64,000 nt of DNA from Malacoraja senta (taxonomy: Eukaryota). The notes below the pieces were generated by a model. It was given only the letters and a program-made list of their open reading frames with translations, did not search any database and was not told the DNA's origin. Position 1 is the first letter of the stretch, and the number at the start of each line of letters is the position of its first letter. The position numbers and the translations under genes are program-made. Positions 12,601 through 25,176 of this stretch are shown one piece after another. The stretch lies in the NCBI GenBank assembly GCA_038087875.1, contig JAXLNO010000656.1, positions 62,001 through 126,000 of the forward strand, read 5' to 3'.

Positions 12601-13559
12601 TTACACAATTCCATCAATTCCATTTCATACACACGATAACTTTTACTTGGCCATAGCCTGCTGCGGAGAGATCCCTAATTTTACTGATCCACTTGTGTTC
12701 TGGCGCCAAAGAAGCAAAACCTGCCTGCCTCAGGTGCAACTGATGACTGAAAAATTCACTCTTCTATGTTGTACGATTCAGGGGAGATTAGGCACAGAAC
12801 TGAACAACACATTTTACACTGGTTCCTTGCATTTTATGTGTGTTTGATTTATGCGTTTTCAAAATTACGTGCCTGTTTCTTTAATACCAAAGCTTGATAT
12901 TTTCACAATAATCCGCTCAAATTTACCGCTGACAGCGAAGTTGCATATGTGCTTCATTTACGTGTTTTTGAATTATGCAGTGTTTTTCAAGCATGTAACC
13001 CATTCATTTAAAAGCATCCTTTAAAAGTATTCTCACAATATTCGTTTTGTCTTCTGATTTGTCCTTCGCACTAAACGCAAAACCCATGTAGGCCTTAAAG
13101 TGCCTGTCCAATTTTAGAGAATACTATGTATGACTCCTCTGTAAATATTAACAAAAAATATAATCTCTTATTTGAACCATAAGCCAGTTTTATATATTTT
13201 AGTGTTCTCCTTATGACAGTGTTCATGTTGAGCTGGGGGTCATGCTGGAATGTAATAGCAGGGACATTTTTCCATTTTATAATAGATTTGCTGTGACATT
13301 TCTCATAGGACCTGGAGAGATAGCAACATTAACCAGTGATGCAAAAGTAGTTATTATAGTCTAAAAATAGAGGCTGCACCTATATAATTATTAGATAAAG
13401 AAATGGGCAAAATATGAATGAGTCCGCTTGAAAATGAAAGAAGTTGACCATATAGAAGTAAATAATTGAAATAGATTCTGGGTGAAAAAGCATGAGATGA
13501 CTATTATGGGTGGGTGAACCCAGTTTTTTCTTATAGTATTTATGTTTTTATGTCTTTAG

Positions 13560-13704
13560 GAAAAATTGTTGTCAACCACAATGCAACGCCGAGTTCATGG
13601 AGCCTTGGGGAGTGTTGCCACAACTCTACTCGTTTTATCCAACTTGGTATTTCTTTGTGGAAATGAAGTGGGGCAGATCTATTGGAACCGAACATTTATA
13701 CAAG
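13560..13704 (+). CDS. HHAT: HHAT penultimate coding exon (145 bp)
   Basis: Acceptor ttttatgtctttAG at 13558-13559 and donor GTaact at 13705. Phase 0 start joins the previous exon in frame. Translates EKLLSTTMQRRVHGALGSVATTLLVLSNLVFLCGNEVGQIYWNRTFIQ(G), matching recalled HHAT RRFHAALASCSTSMLILSNLVFLGGNEVGKTYWNRIFIQG. Too short to appear in the ORF track. Confidence 0.93.
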
Positions 13705-15164
13705 GTAACTAGATTACAATTAAAACAAGATAAATAGTAATTATTTGCTGAGATTTTCTTCCCCTGAAAATCTAAAGGGCATGGCAATCGAACAAATAAA
13801 TGATTTTGTGTTCCAATTGCATTGATACTGTAGAAGGCATATAGAAATGTGGAGCAAGGAGTATTATTTATTTATTGATAACTATTGATGACTCTAAACA
13901 TATAATTAAAGCAGAGCACGTTGAGTTAAAACAGTGAGAGATGGATTTTTAAATTATTATTACAAGATATCAAATTCGAAAACATTGTTATAAAACTAAC
14001 ACCAAAAAGTGGGTAAAAGTAATTATAGATTGTAATTATGGATTGAATATTTTCAGTTAATTAGTGATATTTTACATAATCATAAATACTCTATCTATGG
14101 TAGTTTGTTTACGGCTTCAATTTTTATCTTATTTGTGTCGAGGAACAAATGTAAAAACACTTGTATTGAGGATTTGTTGAACTTGCATTGTTATATAACT
14201 AATTGTTACTACTTGGATATTTTATACAATTTACTGTGTCAAAAGTGTTCCTCAGTGAAATGTATTTGAGATATGAAACTATTAGGAAGAGGAATGGTAT
14301 GTTCTGCCATTTAAGTGGACAAAGGCTCCTCCTTTCAACTCCATCCATCCTGCATAATCATACCTTTTGGGAAGAGTGTTATTCATATTCATTGAGCATT
14401 GAGCAATGTGAATGAGGGAGCGATGATGGTCACAGAAGCTAGAAAATACTCTTAGAAGTAAACGACATACAATTGCAGCTGAAGAATAAAGACATTTCAC
14501 TTTACTGCTACATTTACTTTTTACAGATCATTGACTCTAAATACATAATATTTGTCCAATTTTTAAATCGTTATCTAAGCCGTGGATATAACTACAGTAA
14601 AATAAAGTCTGCATTATGCATAGATGATTCTGAAACAGTTTGGTTAACAATTAGAATAATTCTTAATTGCTGTTTTACTCCTGGTTACTGTCATCCAAAC
14701 ATTAATTCACAGATACTGCTAGAAGTCATCCAACTAATCACTATATAACAGGCGCAATGGAATTCCTGGAATTGTTTTAATATTAAACACAATCCTATCA
14801 GCAGACATCAAATGTTTGTGGCAACTGAGGCAAATCGATTTAGTGTGTCAGACGCCGTTGCTTAAATGTCTTGCTCGTAAAGTAAATGGAAGTTATTTCT
14901 CAATGTGATAAAATGTAAAGTAGGACATAAGAACCTCTGGATTTTCAGGGGAATGGAAATGCTTCCAGCTCAATGGTCTTTCCACCTTTGACACTGGAGT
15001 TGTCCTCGTTGACTCTATCATTCATCTCACTCTGATCAATTTTGTTCCAGCATCTTGATGTTTTTGAAGTTATTTAATGCTGAAGTCAATGAGTTGGACT
15101 GAAGTGATAATGCTTAGCTCAGCTACAATTTTTTTTTTTTTTACAAAGTTAGATTTTGTATCTT

Positions 15165-15330
15165 TTCATATCTCTCATTTCCCTCTCGCCTAACTCTCGG
15201 CCTGAAGAAGGGTCTCGACTTGAAACATCACCTATTCCTTTTCTGCACAGATGCTGCCTGACTGCTGAGTTACTCCATCTTTTTGTTTCTATCTTCAGTG
15301 TAAACCAGCACTTGCAGTTCCTTTTTACAC
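15165..15330 (+). mobile_element. Penelope terminus with hammerhead motif
   Basis: CTGAAGAAGGGTCTCGACTTGAAACATC at 15202-15229 plus tail. Confidence 0.75.
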
Positions 15331-15416
15331 ATGTGTAGATTAGATTCTGAACACTTCCTGGAAAATTCATTGCCTTGAATACTGGAAAGGAGGAGCTTGT
15401 TTCTAAACAGTAGATT

Positions 15417-15723
15417 TGTGGCGCTACCCGGTGGTTAGGCCACTTGCTTTGTGAACCCTCGGCAGTCGGGGGTAGGGTCACGTGACTGGGTAATGGCGGA
15501 AAAGAGTTGTGATGATCACATTGAATGGTGGTGCTGGCTCAAAGGGCCGAATGGCCTTCTCCTGCACCTATTGTCTATTGCACGAGGTTTAGGGGTGTGC
15601 CCTAGTATAAGTATTGAGCCCCGGGTTAGCCTTTCCCCCATTCGCGTGTGTGTTGTTCTCTTTACTTCAGCAATAAAGATATCTTTGTTTCACCACACAT
15701 GGCTTGTTTATTCGCCCGCCATA
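15417..15723 (+). mobile_element. Short solo LTR (probably Gypsy-type) containing a CR1 3'-tail insertion
   Basis: TGTGGCG...CGCCATA termini; 4-bp TSD GATT (15413-15416 and 15724-15727); TATAA at about 15606 and AATAAA at 15672; CR1 tail at about 15510-15580. Confidence 0.7.
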
Positions 15724-17729
15724 GATTTCATAATCTTTAAGCCCCATGGCCTCTTCAGCTAAATATTGTTTAAACATGGTCCCTTTTCCATAATCTGCAA
15801 GGTGCTCCTGTAGATGGGAAGCAATGAAATATATACAGGGTAGTAAAGCACATTTGTAAGGCTTAAATTTATATGCATGACATGTAAAATGTGGTTAGCA
15901 TGACATTTCTTATGGAAGTTATTTTGTTTACAGTTGGACAGTACCTGCTCTTTTCCCCTTTTTCAAGTGCAAGAATGATTTATAGGATTGGTGAACATTA
16001 TTTAGAAAAACTCTGCACATTTCTTTACCACCACATATTTAGTTCTTTCAGAGGAATATTTTCCCTGTTGTCCTCTACTGAAATCCCCTTTGCTCTAGTA
16101 TTCTCACACAGCAGTAACCACCCCACACCAAAACTTTAAGAATTGCATTGCACTGCTGTCTCTCTGTAGCAGTGTGTTGAAACGCATGCTGCAAAATGAG
16201 AATGTTGACTGATTGCTTTTTGAACAGAAAATTGTTCCTATTAGAATAATGAAAGATAACGTGAAGCAAATGCTGTTATGTTGAAAGGGTTACTGGAGTA
16301 GGGAGATCTGGGGTGCAGTTGCATAAATCTTTGAAGATGGCATAGAAAGTTGAGAAGCCAACTTAAAACAAACTATGCTGTTTGCTGTTATTAATAGCAG
16401 GTTTGAATACAAAAGTAGAATAGTTAAGCTAAGCCTCAGATGATTAGCAGCTCAGATTTTGTAGTCATTTGTGAAGCAACAGCATTTACCAATAATGCCA
16501 AAAAGCTACTCAAACATTATGTGTGATTATTGAGCAAAATTCCTCTTTTTCTATATCACTGGGATCTTATGGACAGCAGCTGTGATCTCACCAAACTGCC
16601 CTTTGTATTAAGTAATTTTCCCAATTTTACAAGGAAGGGAAAAATGCTACATGTTTAACTAATATTTTAAGTATTTTATAGTGCATGAAAAATCAGGATT
16701 GCATAATTGTGCACAAGATTAATCTTGAATTCAAAATTTATTTATTTTTTAAACTGTTAAAGTTCATTATGGTTGGATATATTTCTGCGGAAATTTCAAC
16801 AGTATGGTATTAATCAGTAAATATGATTTGGTGTGCTTGCATCTTGTGCAACAAAGCATACATTTTCAGGAGATATTTTCCTGTGAGAATATTACCTGAT
16901 CTTGCCAATTCTAGGCTTTTTTGTGATATAAAAACTGCAAAGCGAAATGGTGAGCAGGGCTTTAACTTCAGGATGTTAGTAATTAACTGCACATGTGTGC
17001 ACCAGAGTGGTTGCTGTATACATCACGTCAAAGATGGTGAATGCTGATAGTATTGCCTTAACAACTGCAGAATCCAGTCTATTGTATTCAGTTCTGGGTA
17101 CAGCAATATAAGAATTGTACCAAGATATATAATAGTACCAGAGATATAAGTCTTCAGTTATGTGAAGGGACAGGAGAAGCTAAAACGATTATCCTTGGAG
17201 CAGAAAAAATACTGAGGGGAGATTAAACTCATATATTCAAAGTCATGATTGGTTTTGATAGAGTAAATCCGGCAAAACTGCTTCCAGTGGTTGGACGAAT
17301 AACTGGGGGAACTGAGGTAATTGGCAAAGGAACAAGAAATGACATGAGGATGCATAATACAGAGCAAGTTGTTGTGCTTTGGAATGGGCTGCCTGAAAAA
17401 TTAGTTGAAGATTCAATGCAAAGTGAATAAAATGAAATAAATTGGGTCATACTCTTAAGGAATTGACAGTACATGATGGGCTGAATGATTTCTTTTCACA
17501 TTGTAATTATTTTAATTCAAGGGAAACTACTTTAAAAGTACTTGCATAGCTGTAACAAACTTTGAGAGATGCTATAATCTATCTCATCACCTCATATTTA
17601 ACCTCGGAACAGCAATGTAAGATTTTCCTCCTATATTTTCAATTCCTAATAACATCGTGAGGTATGTTTGATCATTTTTACAATGAATTTCTCAACAGAT
17701 TGGTGAAGAATTACACATTATCTGGTTTT

Positions 17730-18285
17730 GGCCTTGGGTACTACACCCTAACATCAGCATCTTAATTGTTCTAGCTCTCCCTTCATAAGAAGTTGCACGT
17801 GCTTGGGATAGCCTCGTCTTTGGCCAGGTTGTCACGATAAAACCTGACTGGAAAAGGTGCAAAAAAACATTTACAAGGATATTACTGGGTCAGGAAAGTT
17901 TGAGTTATACAGTTTTAGTGTCTCAGGCTGAAGGATGACCTCAGAGGTTTTTAAAAATCATGCACGACATGGGTAAGGTGAATAGCCACAGTCTTTTTAT
18001 CCAAGATAGAGTAATCTAAAAGTAGAGGGCATCAATTTGAGGGGAAAGATTTAAAAGGAACCCGACAACTTTTTCACATGTAGGGTGGTGCGTGCCAGAG
18101 GAAGTGGTGGAGGCAGATGCAATTGCAACATTAAAAAGAGATTTGGACGGATGTATGGTTTGAAATGGTTTGGCGGGACATGGGCCAGGCACTGGCAAGT
18201 GGGACTAGCTCAGTTAAGCATTTGTTTGGCATGGATGAGTTAGTCAAAGGGTCTGTTTCTGTACATGTGCAGCTCCATGACTTTA
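17730..18285 (+). mobile_element. Old degenerate CR1-like LINE 3' fragment
   Basis: Decayed CR1 motifs (ggaaaaggtgcaaaaa..atttacaaggat; gccagaggaagtggtggaggcag; aagggtctgtttctgt). Confidence 0.6.
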
Positions 18286-18964
18286 AAACAGGTGGATCAG
18301 ATGGTACATTTTTGGCAAATTGCGCCTCGATAGTTGTTTTGTCGCTCGATCACAGGTTGTTTACTTTTGAACTGTTGCCAGTGCTTAAGTATTTGAGTTG
18401 TCTGGGATGCAAATCTGGGATGCAAATCTGGGATGCTTATCAGATTTGATAATTCAGACATTAAAAAAAAAAATCTCCCATCGTGTTATTTATCAATAGT
18501 TTTACGATGGAAACAACGGGGCAGATCGTGCAGGACCTTGCTTATTCTGACACTATAATCGTTAATTATTTAGATTTGGTAAAACTGGTCTTGTGTCAAT
18601 AATCAGGCTGAAGGTCTGTGACCAATGGAATTTTGCCAGGATCTGTGTTAAGAGCTCTTGTTTGTGATAAGGGCTTGTTTGTGATATATATAAATTGCTT
18701 GGATGTAAATGTCGATAGGTTGGTTAGATCTTGCGCAGTCATGAGACAGAGTTTTTGAAGGAGATTGAGATGCTAGTAACATGGTGTCAAGAATACTTTA
18801 ATCCCTTTAAATCATCAAAATATACAAATTAGTCATGGACTTCGGAAAGTAGTGTGGTGTACACGACCCAATCTGTATCAATAGTACAGAAGGAGAGATA
18901 ATTGAGAGCTTCAAGTTCCTAGGTTTAAAGATCACAACAATTTGCCCTGATCCAACTACACAGA

Positions 18965-19440
18965 TGTGGTGGCCATTTGGCTTTATTTTGTGTGTCATTC
19001 ATTATGGCATTTGCCTTTAAATTTTAGTCTGCCCGTGATTATGTGGGTGGGATTTATTACGTTGCTGCTGGGTTCTCTTGCACAGAAGCTGTTAGTTAGT
19101 TTAGTTTTAGAGCTCAACATGGCTAGAAGGACCACTCTTCGACCATGTGGAGTTTTGCCGAGACACGAGGAGTTTTCTAACGTTTAAAAGCGATATGCTG
19201 GAGTTTGACGAAGATTAAAGTGTACGAGTCAGAGAAGAAGGTTGGATGAATATCTTACGTTTTTTCTTCAACAATAAAGAAACTATTAATCAAAAGACTG
19301 TGTTATGAAGATTTGTCTTTCGAGAAGCTCTGAAAGTCTCACGGAGAGCTCACATGCGTAATACGACATTCTCCTAAAGCCATGTTATCTCTTGTGGCTA
19401 GAGGGAGTAATCTCGAACGATATAATAATCTGCCGCTACA
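18965..19440 (+). mobile_element. Solo LTR of the BEL/Pao family
   Basis: TGTGGTGGCCATTTGG...ATCTGCCGCTACA; AATAAA at about 19273; homologous to 11513-12003 and 45344-45896. TSD is degenerate (ACAGA/ACGGT). Confidence 0.88.
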
Positions 19441-20540
19441 ACGGTACTAAAGATGAACTCAAAATGCTGGAGTAACTCAGTGGGACACGCAGCATCTCTG
19501 GAGAGAAGGAATGGGTGACATGTCAGGTCGAGATCCTTGAAGTAGGACCAGGTCTTAAAGGAGATAGAAGCCAGATAGTTTTGCAGCCGGTAGTGATTGA
19601 GCCATCATGAGGAAGAGATATATTTAACAATGTACTCATAAATTCTGTTCTTGGTGTCATTGGAGAAGTGTCATATTGTCCTTGTGGAGACTAGCGCCTT
19701 TAAACTGAGGATGTACCCTAGTAATAGGTAACTCCACTGCAACCTGAGTCATTGTCCAGCAAATCCCTCGTTTTAAATTACAAAGAATCCAGAGCATCAA
19801 CTGTGGTTCAATGAAGATTACAAAAGAGCAGCAACAACATGCCAACCCTGCAGAGTTGTAACATTGAAGGCTTGTGCTTCTGAATTAGCCAAACAACAGT
19901 CAGTTTGTTCCAGTACAATTGCAGCACTGACATCTACTTTATGGGGGAAATTGTCCAGTTAAGTCCTGTGCACAAAAAGCAGAACATGTCCACTCTGGCT
20001 AATTACTCCCCAATCAATTTACCTTTAATCCTTCGGAAACTAATGAAAGCTGTCATCAAAAGTGTTTTGCTAATGGCCTTTTGTTACCAGTAACCTGCCC
20101 ACTGGTGCCCAGTGGATTTTACCAGGTCCAATTGGCAACAGACTCCTGGCTTTGCTTCAAACATGAATAAAGATAGTAAATTCAAGCTGAGAGTGGCACC
20201 ACTTGGCAGCATTGGATTGTAGTACTTAGAGCCTAATCTAACTGCAGTTTAAAAAAAAAAGTGTTGGAGGAACTCAGCTGGTCAGGCAGCATATATGGAG
20301 GGAAGGGATAGATGTGATTTTGGGACAGGTCGCTCTTTCAGACTAAATGAGCAGGGGGGAGTGAGAGCTGGAAAAGGGGTGGGATGTGGCAAAGTCTGAC
20401 AAGTGACAGATGAGGAGGGCTATTTGGCAGATGGTTGGAGATAGTAATACAGACTCATGAAAAGGGTGTCAGATAAGGAAGAGGAGGAGGGGGAGGATTG
20501 GACTGTGAAGCTGGAGGGAGTGAAATGGATGGAAGGAGAT

Positions 20541-21380
20541 TAGAGAGATTAGAGAGATTCCTTTATTTGTCATTCAGACCTTTCGGTCTGAACGAAATTT
20601 CGTTGCCTGCAGTCATACATATAATAATAAATGACAAAACACACAATAAACACAAATTAACATCCACCACAGTGAGTTCACCAGGCACCTCCTCACTGTG
20701 ATGGAGGCAAAAGTCTTAAAGTCTCTATCTCTTCCCGCTTTGTTCTCCCTCTGCGCTGAGGCGATCCAGGCTTCTGATGCTGTGACCCCGCCGGGCGACG
20801 GTAAGCCAGTCCCGAATCCGTGCTCCGCGACGGGCCGGCTCAAACTCCGCGGCCCGGGGTGGTCGAAGCTGCCGAAGCTGCCGCCCTCCAGTCCAGCGGA
20901 CGCAGCTGTAGTTGCGGGAGCTCCGGAGAATCGGTCACCAACCTGTGACCTGCGCGCTCCCGACAATGTCGTCCACTGGGCCAGCGGCCGAGCCTCCGGA
21001 TTCAGGTCGCCACCAGTGTCCTCGGTCGCCACCGCCGGAACGCCACCGCAGCCCCGAAGTTGGCCAGCCCCGCGCTGGTAAGTCCTGGCTCTGCCTCCGG
21101 AGCCTCGAGGTCGGTCGGTCGCTCGCAGTTGGAGTTGGAGGCCGCCAGCTCCGCCATTAGGCCTCAGCGCAGACGGAGGCAGAGAAGGGGGATACGACAA
21201 GAAAAAGTCGCATTCCCCCGAAGGAAGAGACAAAAGTCATGTTTCACCCCCCCACCCCACACATACACAACCCAATAAACTAAAATTTAACTAAAACAGG
21301 ACAAAAGAAAACAACAAAAAAAGTAAAAACAGACGGACTGCAGGCGAGCCGCTGCTGTACGACAGCGCCGCCACTTCCGG
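20541..21380 (-). mobile_element. GC-rich non-autonomous retroposon with a Rex1/L2-type 3' stem-loop tail, inserted in a decayed Penelope fragment
   Basis: 3' stem-loop TTCAGACC-TTTC-GGTCTGAA (20573-20592), then AATAAA and a short-repeat tail on the minus strand. 5' end ttccggaagtggcggcgctg...gcctgcagtccg resembles 35189 and 49216. Confidence 0.65.
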
Positions 21381-22576
21381 AAGGGAGAGAGGCAAAAGGA
21401 AGCAAAAGAAAGTATGGGATTTGGAGTTTGGAGATGAGCGTATGGTTGGGGAAAAAGAGCAGGGTGACTTGAGTGGTGGGAGAAATGGGTGCATACTGGA
21501 GTAGGGGCACCGGGGAAAGAGGGGATGGATAGGGAGGTATTACTTGAAAGTTGGGAATTTAATATTCATACTGCTGTATTGTGATCCCAATCTAACAGCT
21601 GGGTAACAAAGGGATAGTTCACCAGTGGTTGGAATCAGACCTTGCAGAATGGAAGATTATTATTGTTGTGATTATTTTTCCCAGCCTGGGACTTTGTCAC
21701 AAAAGTTCCTCAGGTCAGACTTCTGGGCCCACCTTCAATTGCTTTGTCAATGTCCTGTCATCCTCTTGTTTCTTGTTTCTAAATTTTAACAAAATTTGTA
21801 CATTTTTCCCTTCATAGATAATCTGAGTAAATGCTCAGGATGTATTCTGACCAGATTGCAGCAATCCCACCAAGTGACTTCATTGGCATGAGTTGCAGGC
21901 ATACTTTTAAGGCCATATTTGGGGCTGCTGAGAAATCTTTTCCAATCTGCTTGCTTGAAATTAAAATGATTTAAAAAAAACTTTGGAGAGGTAGATGCTC
22001 TAATCATTTAGATACTTTAATTTAAATACTTTAAACAATTCTAATATGTAGGTCTAATGGAAAGGCACATTTGTTTTTGCTTTTATTGATTGGGAATAAT
22101 TAGTTACCAAATGCAAAAGTATTTCTGAATCCCTAGAAAATAGGCCCCTGACAGATCCACACTGACCATGAAGCACCCATTTACACATTTCCCATTTTAT
22201 TCATCCCACATTCTCATCAATAACCACCCACCCAACCCCCCTGGTTCTGCCATCAACCTGCACTGGGGACAAATTACAGTGGCCAATTAACCTACCGACC
22301 TGCATGTCTTTGGGACATGGGAGGAGACTAGAGCTCTCAGTGGAAACTGCCAGTCAAGGTAAGTTTGTAAAATCCACAACAAACATCACTGGGGAAGGAG
22401 TATAGACGCCATATCTTTAATACCTGATACTTGAGAAGTTTGGCATCATATATAAGTTCCAGCAGCTTTGGTTCCATCCTTGTCAACAAAAATTAGCTTT
22501 TTCTCTAAATACCCCAACGTCAATCTGAAGCCATTAAATGTACCAGTACCGCAAATGTACCCGGAAATGTACATGT

Positions 22577-23549
22577 ACCGCAGCTATTTACAATATGCAT
22601 TGATATTTAGATGAGGGGATTGTGGGTAACAATAGCAAATTTGCAGATGACACAAAGCTGGGTGGCAGTAGGAACTGTGAGGAGGAAGCTGAGTGTGCAG
22701 GGTGACTTGGACAGGTTGGGTGAGTGGGCAGATGCATGGCAGATGCAGTTTATTGTGGATAAATGTGAGGTTATCCACTGGTGGCAAAAACAGGAAGGCA
22801 GATTATTATCTGCATGGTGTCAAGTTAGGAAAAGGGGAAGTATAACGAGATCTGGAGGTCCTTGTTCATCGGTCACTGAAGGTAAGTATGCAGGTACAGC
22901 AGGCAGTGAAGAAAGCTAATGGCATGTTGGCCTTCATAACAAGAGGAGTTGAGTATAGCAGCAAAGAGGTCCTTCTGCAGTTGTACAGGCCCCTAGTGAG
23001 ACCACACCTGGAGTATTGTGTGGAGTTTTGGTCTCCAAATCTAAGGAAGGACATTCTTGCTATTGAGGGAGTGCAGCGTAGGTTCACGAGGTTAATTCCC
23101 GGGATGGTGGGACTGTCATATGTGGAAAGAATGGAGCGACTGGGCTTGTATACACTGGAATTGAGAATGATGAGAGGGGATCTTATTGAAACATGTAAGA
23201 TTATTAAGGGACACGCTAGAGGCAGGAAACATGTTCCCGATGTTCGGGAAGTCCAGAACCAGGGGCCACAGTTTAAGAATAAGGGATTTAAGAAGAACGG
23301 AGATGAGGAAAAACGTTTTCACCCAGAGAGTTGTGAATGAGTGGAATTCTCTGCCTTAGAAGGATGTGGAGGCCAATTCTCTGGATGCTTTCAAGAGAGA
23401 GTTAGATAGAGCTCTTAAAGATAGCAGAGTCAAGGGATATGGGGAGAAGGCAGGAACGGGGTACTGATTGTGGATGATCAGCCATGATCACAATGAATGT
23501 CGGTGCTGACTTGAAGGGCGAATAGCCCACTCCTGCACCTATTGTCTAT
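22577..23549 (+). mobile_element. CR1 LINE 3' portion
   Basis: FADDTKLGG region and ORF 22888-23340 (VRPHLEYCVEFWSPNL); CR1 3' UTR ending ctcctgcacctattgtctat. Confidence 0.9.
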
Positions 23550-23551
23550 AA

Positions 23552-24000
23552 CAGGGGTCTCCAAATTATGGCCCGCGGGCCACATCCGGCCCACCACGAG
23601 ATTTTATCCAGCCCGCAGCAAGCTCTTAACACGTTCCGTGCGGCGGGCTGTAAGTGAGTTCGGTATTTCGACTGCGCATGTCCAGGTCATCGGGCACTCG
23701 CCATACACATTGTTGCGAGCGGATCTGCTGTTATCAGACCTCTATTTCATCCAGTGAGTGAGCAAGATTGTGCTGCTGCGTGGTGTCGGGGTCTGGGTCT
23801 CCGGTGCTGCAGGCGCTGTTGAGTTGCTGCTGGGCCGTCCCTGTCCCCTCCCGGGTGCCTCGTCCGTGTCCAGGGGCGGCTGGAGGTGTCGGCCCGGTCT
23901 TGCAGCCGACGCGTGGGGTAGGCGCTGGCTCCAACTCGGCTCTCTGGAGGATCGCTGGTCGGCGCGGACCCAACTCCCAGTATAATCCCTGGTGGACTCT
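23552..24000 (+). mobile_element. hAT/Charlie-like non-autonomous element left end fused to the left end of the 8005-8790 TIR family
   Basis: CAGGGGTCTCCAAATTATGGCCCGCGGGCCACATCCGGCCC is a typical Charlie terminus. From 23652 the sequence matches 8008-8220. Confidence 0.65.
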
Positions 24001-24825
24001 TCGGGAGTGATGTCAGATAAGGAAACAGGAGGAGTGAAGTGTAAAGGCAGAGAAGTATATGAATGGAAGAGGACAGGGAAGAGGCAAAAGTGTGTTGGGG
24101 GGGGGGGGGGGAAATAAAGGTGAGATGATCCCGAGTCCCTCATTTCCCTTTTATTCCCCTCATTCCCCTCCCCTCCAACCCATTTCACCTATATCCCTCT
24201 CTCATCACCTGTTCTTCCTTCCACAGATTCTGCCTCACCCACTGAGTTCTTCCTACATTTGGTGCTTTGACTTTAAATTTCAGGTTTGGATCTTTCTGAT
24301 TAGGTTTCTGCCCTATCTTTGAAGCAAATCACTAATGGCATCTTTAATATTGTGATGAAAAGGTGATCTACCCCACCTCAGTGTTCACAGGCTGCCTACA
24401 GCTTATGAAATGAGATCTCTCTTCAATGTCTCTCATGTTGTCCACTTTGGTAGGACCACACTCTCCGCATTCCATTCCTTCTCCGAGTGCCATCGCCACA
24501 ACTTATTTTCTGTCAACTCTCAAAAAGCTGATAACTCGAAAGCTAGTTGACTTGATGTAAATTGCTGTAAAACAACGCCCACAACAACTTGTTATTGAGA
24601 TGTTAATCTGATGCTCCATCTTTATTGTAAACATGAGAGATTCCATGGTACTGTGACAAAGAGCAAGGGGTTATACTATTTTCCTGGATAATATTTATCT
24701 TCCAATCACCATCAGTAAAATAGATTGTTCATTATCATGATGGTGTTTATTAAAGTTTGTGCTGTGTTTCCAACATTATAATGTTGACTACATTGCTTAA
24801 AACCAACATGGAACACAAAGGCGTA

Positions 24826-25032
24826 GGGAGGAACTGCAGATGCTGGTTTAAACCGAAGATAGACACAAAATGCTGGAGTAACTCGGGACAACAGGCAGCA
24901 TCTCTGGAGAGAAGGAATGGGTGACATTTCAGGTCGAGTCTGAAGAAGGGTCTTGACCAGAAACGTCACCCATTCCTTCTCTCCAGAGATGCTGCCTGTC
25001 ATGCTGAGTTACTCCAGCTTTTTTTTGTCTAT
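24826..25032. repeat. Head-to-head inverted pair of Penelope termini
   Basis: Left arm gctggagtaactc..caggcagcatctctggagagaaggaatgggtgac is the reverse complement of the right arm gtcacccattccttctctccagagatgctgcctg..gagttactccagc; hammerhead motif at 24940-24967. Confidence 0.85.
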
Positions 25033-25176
25033 GTATAGAATAAATAGGAGCAGGATTAGTCTATTTCAAATCTTTTGAGCATACTGTGCTATTCAGTATG
25101 ATTTTCTATCTGAATAGCAAGTTCCTGCTCACTCACCCCATTCCCTTGCGTATCTTTTGTGTTTAAAATTCTATTC

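Noticed and set aside
13561..13704. Second open frame across the HHAT exon (KNCCQPQCNAEF...)
   Set aside because: Only 48 codons, expected by chance; splice phase supports the HHAT frame.
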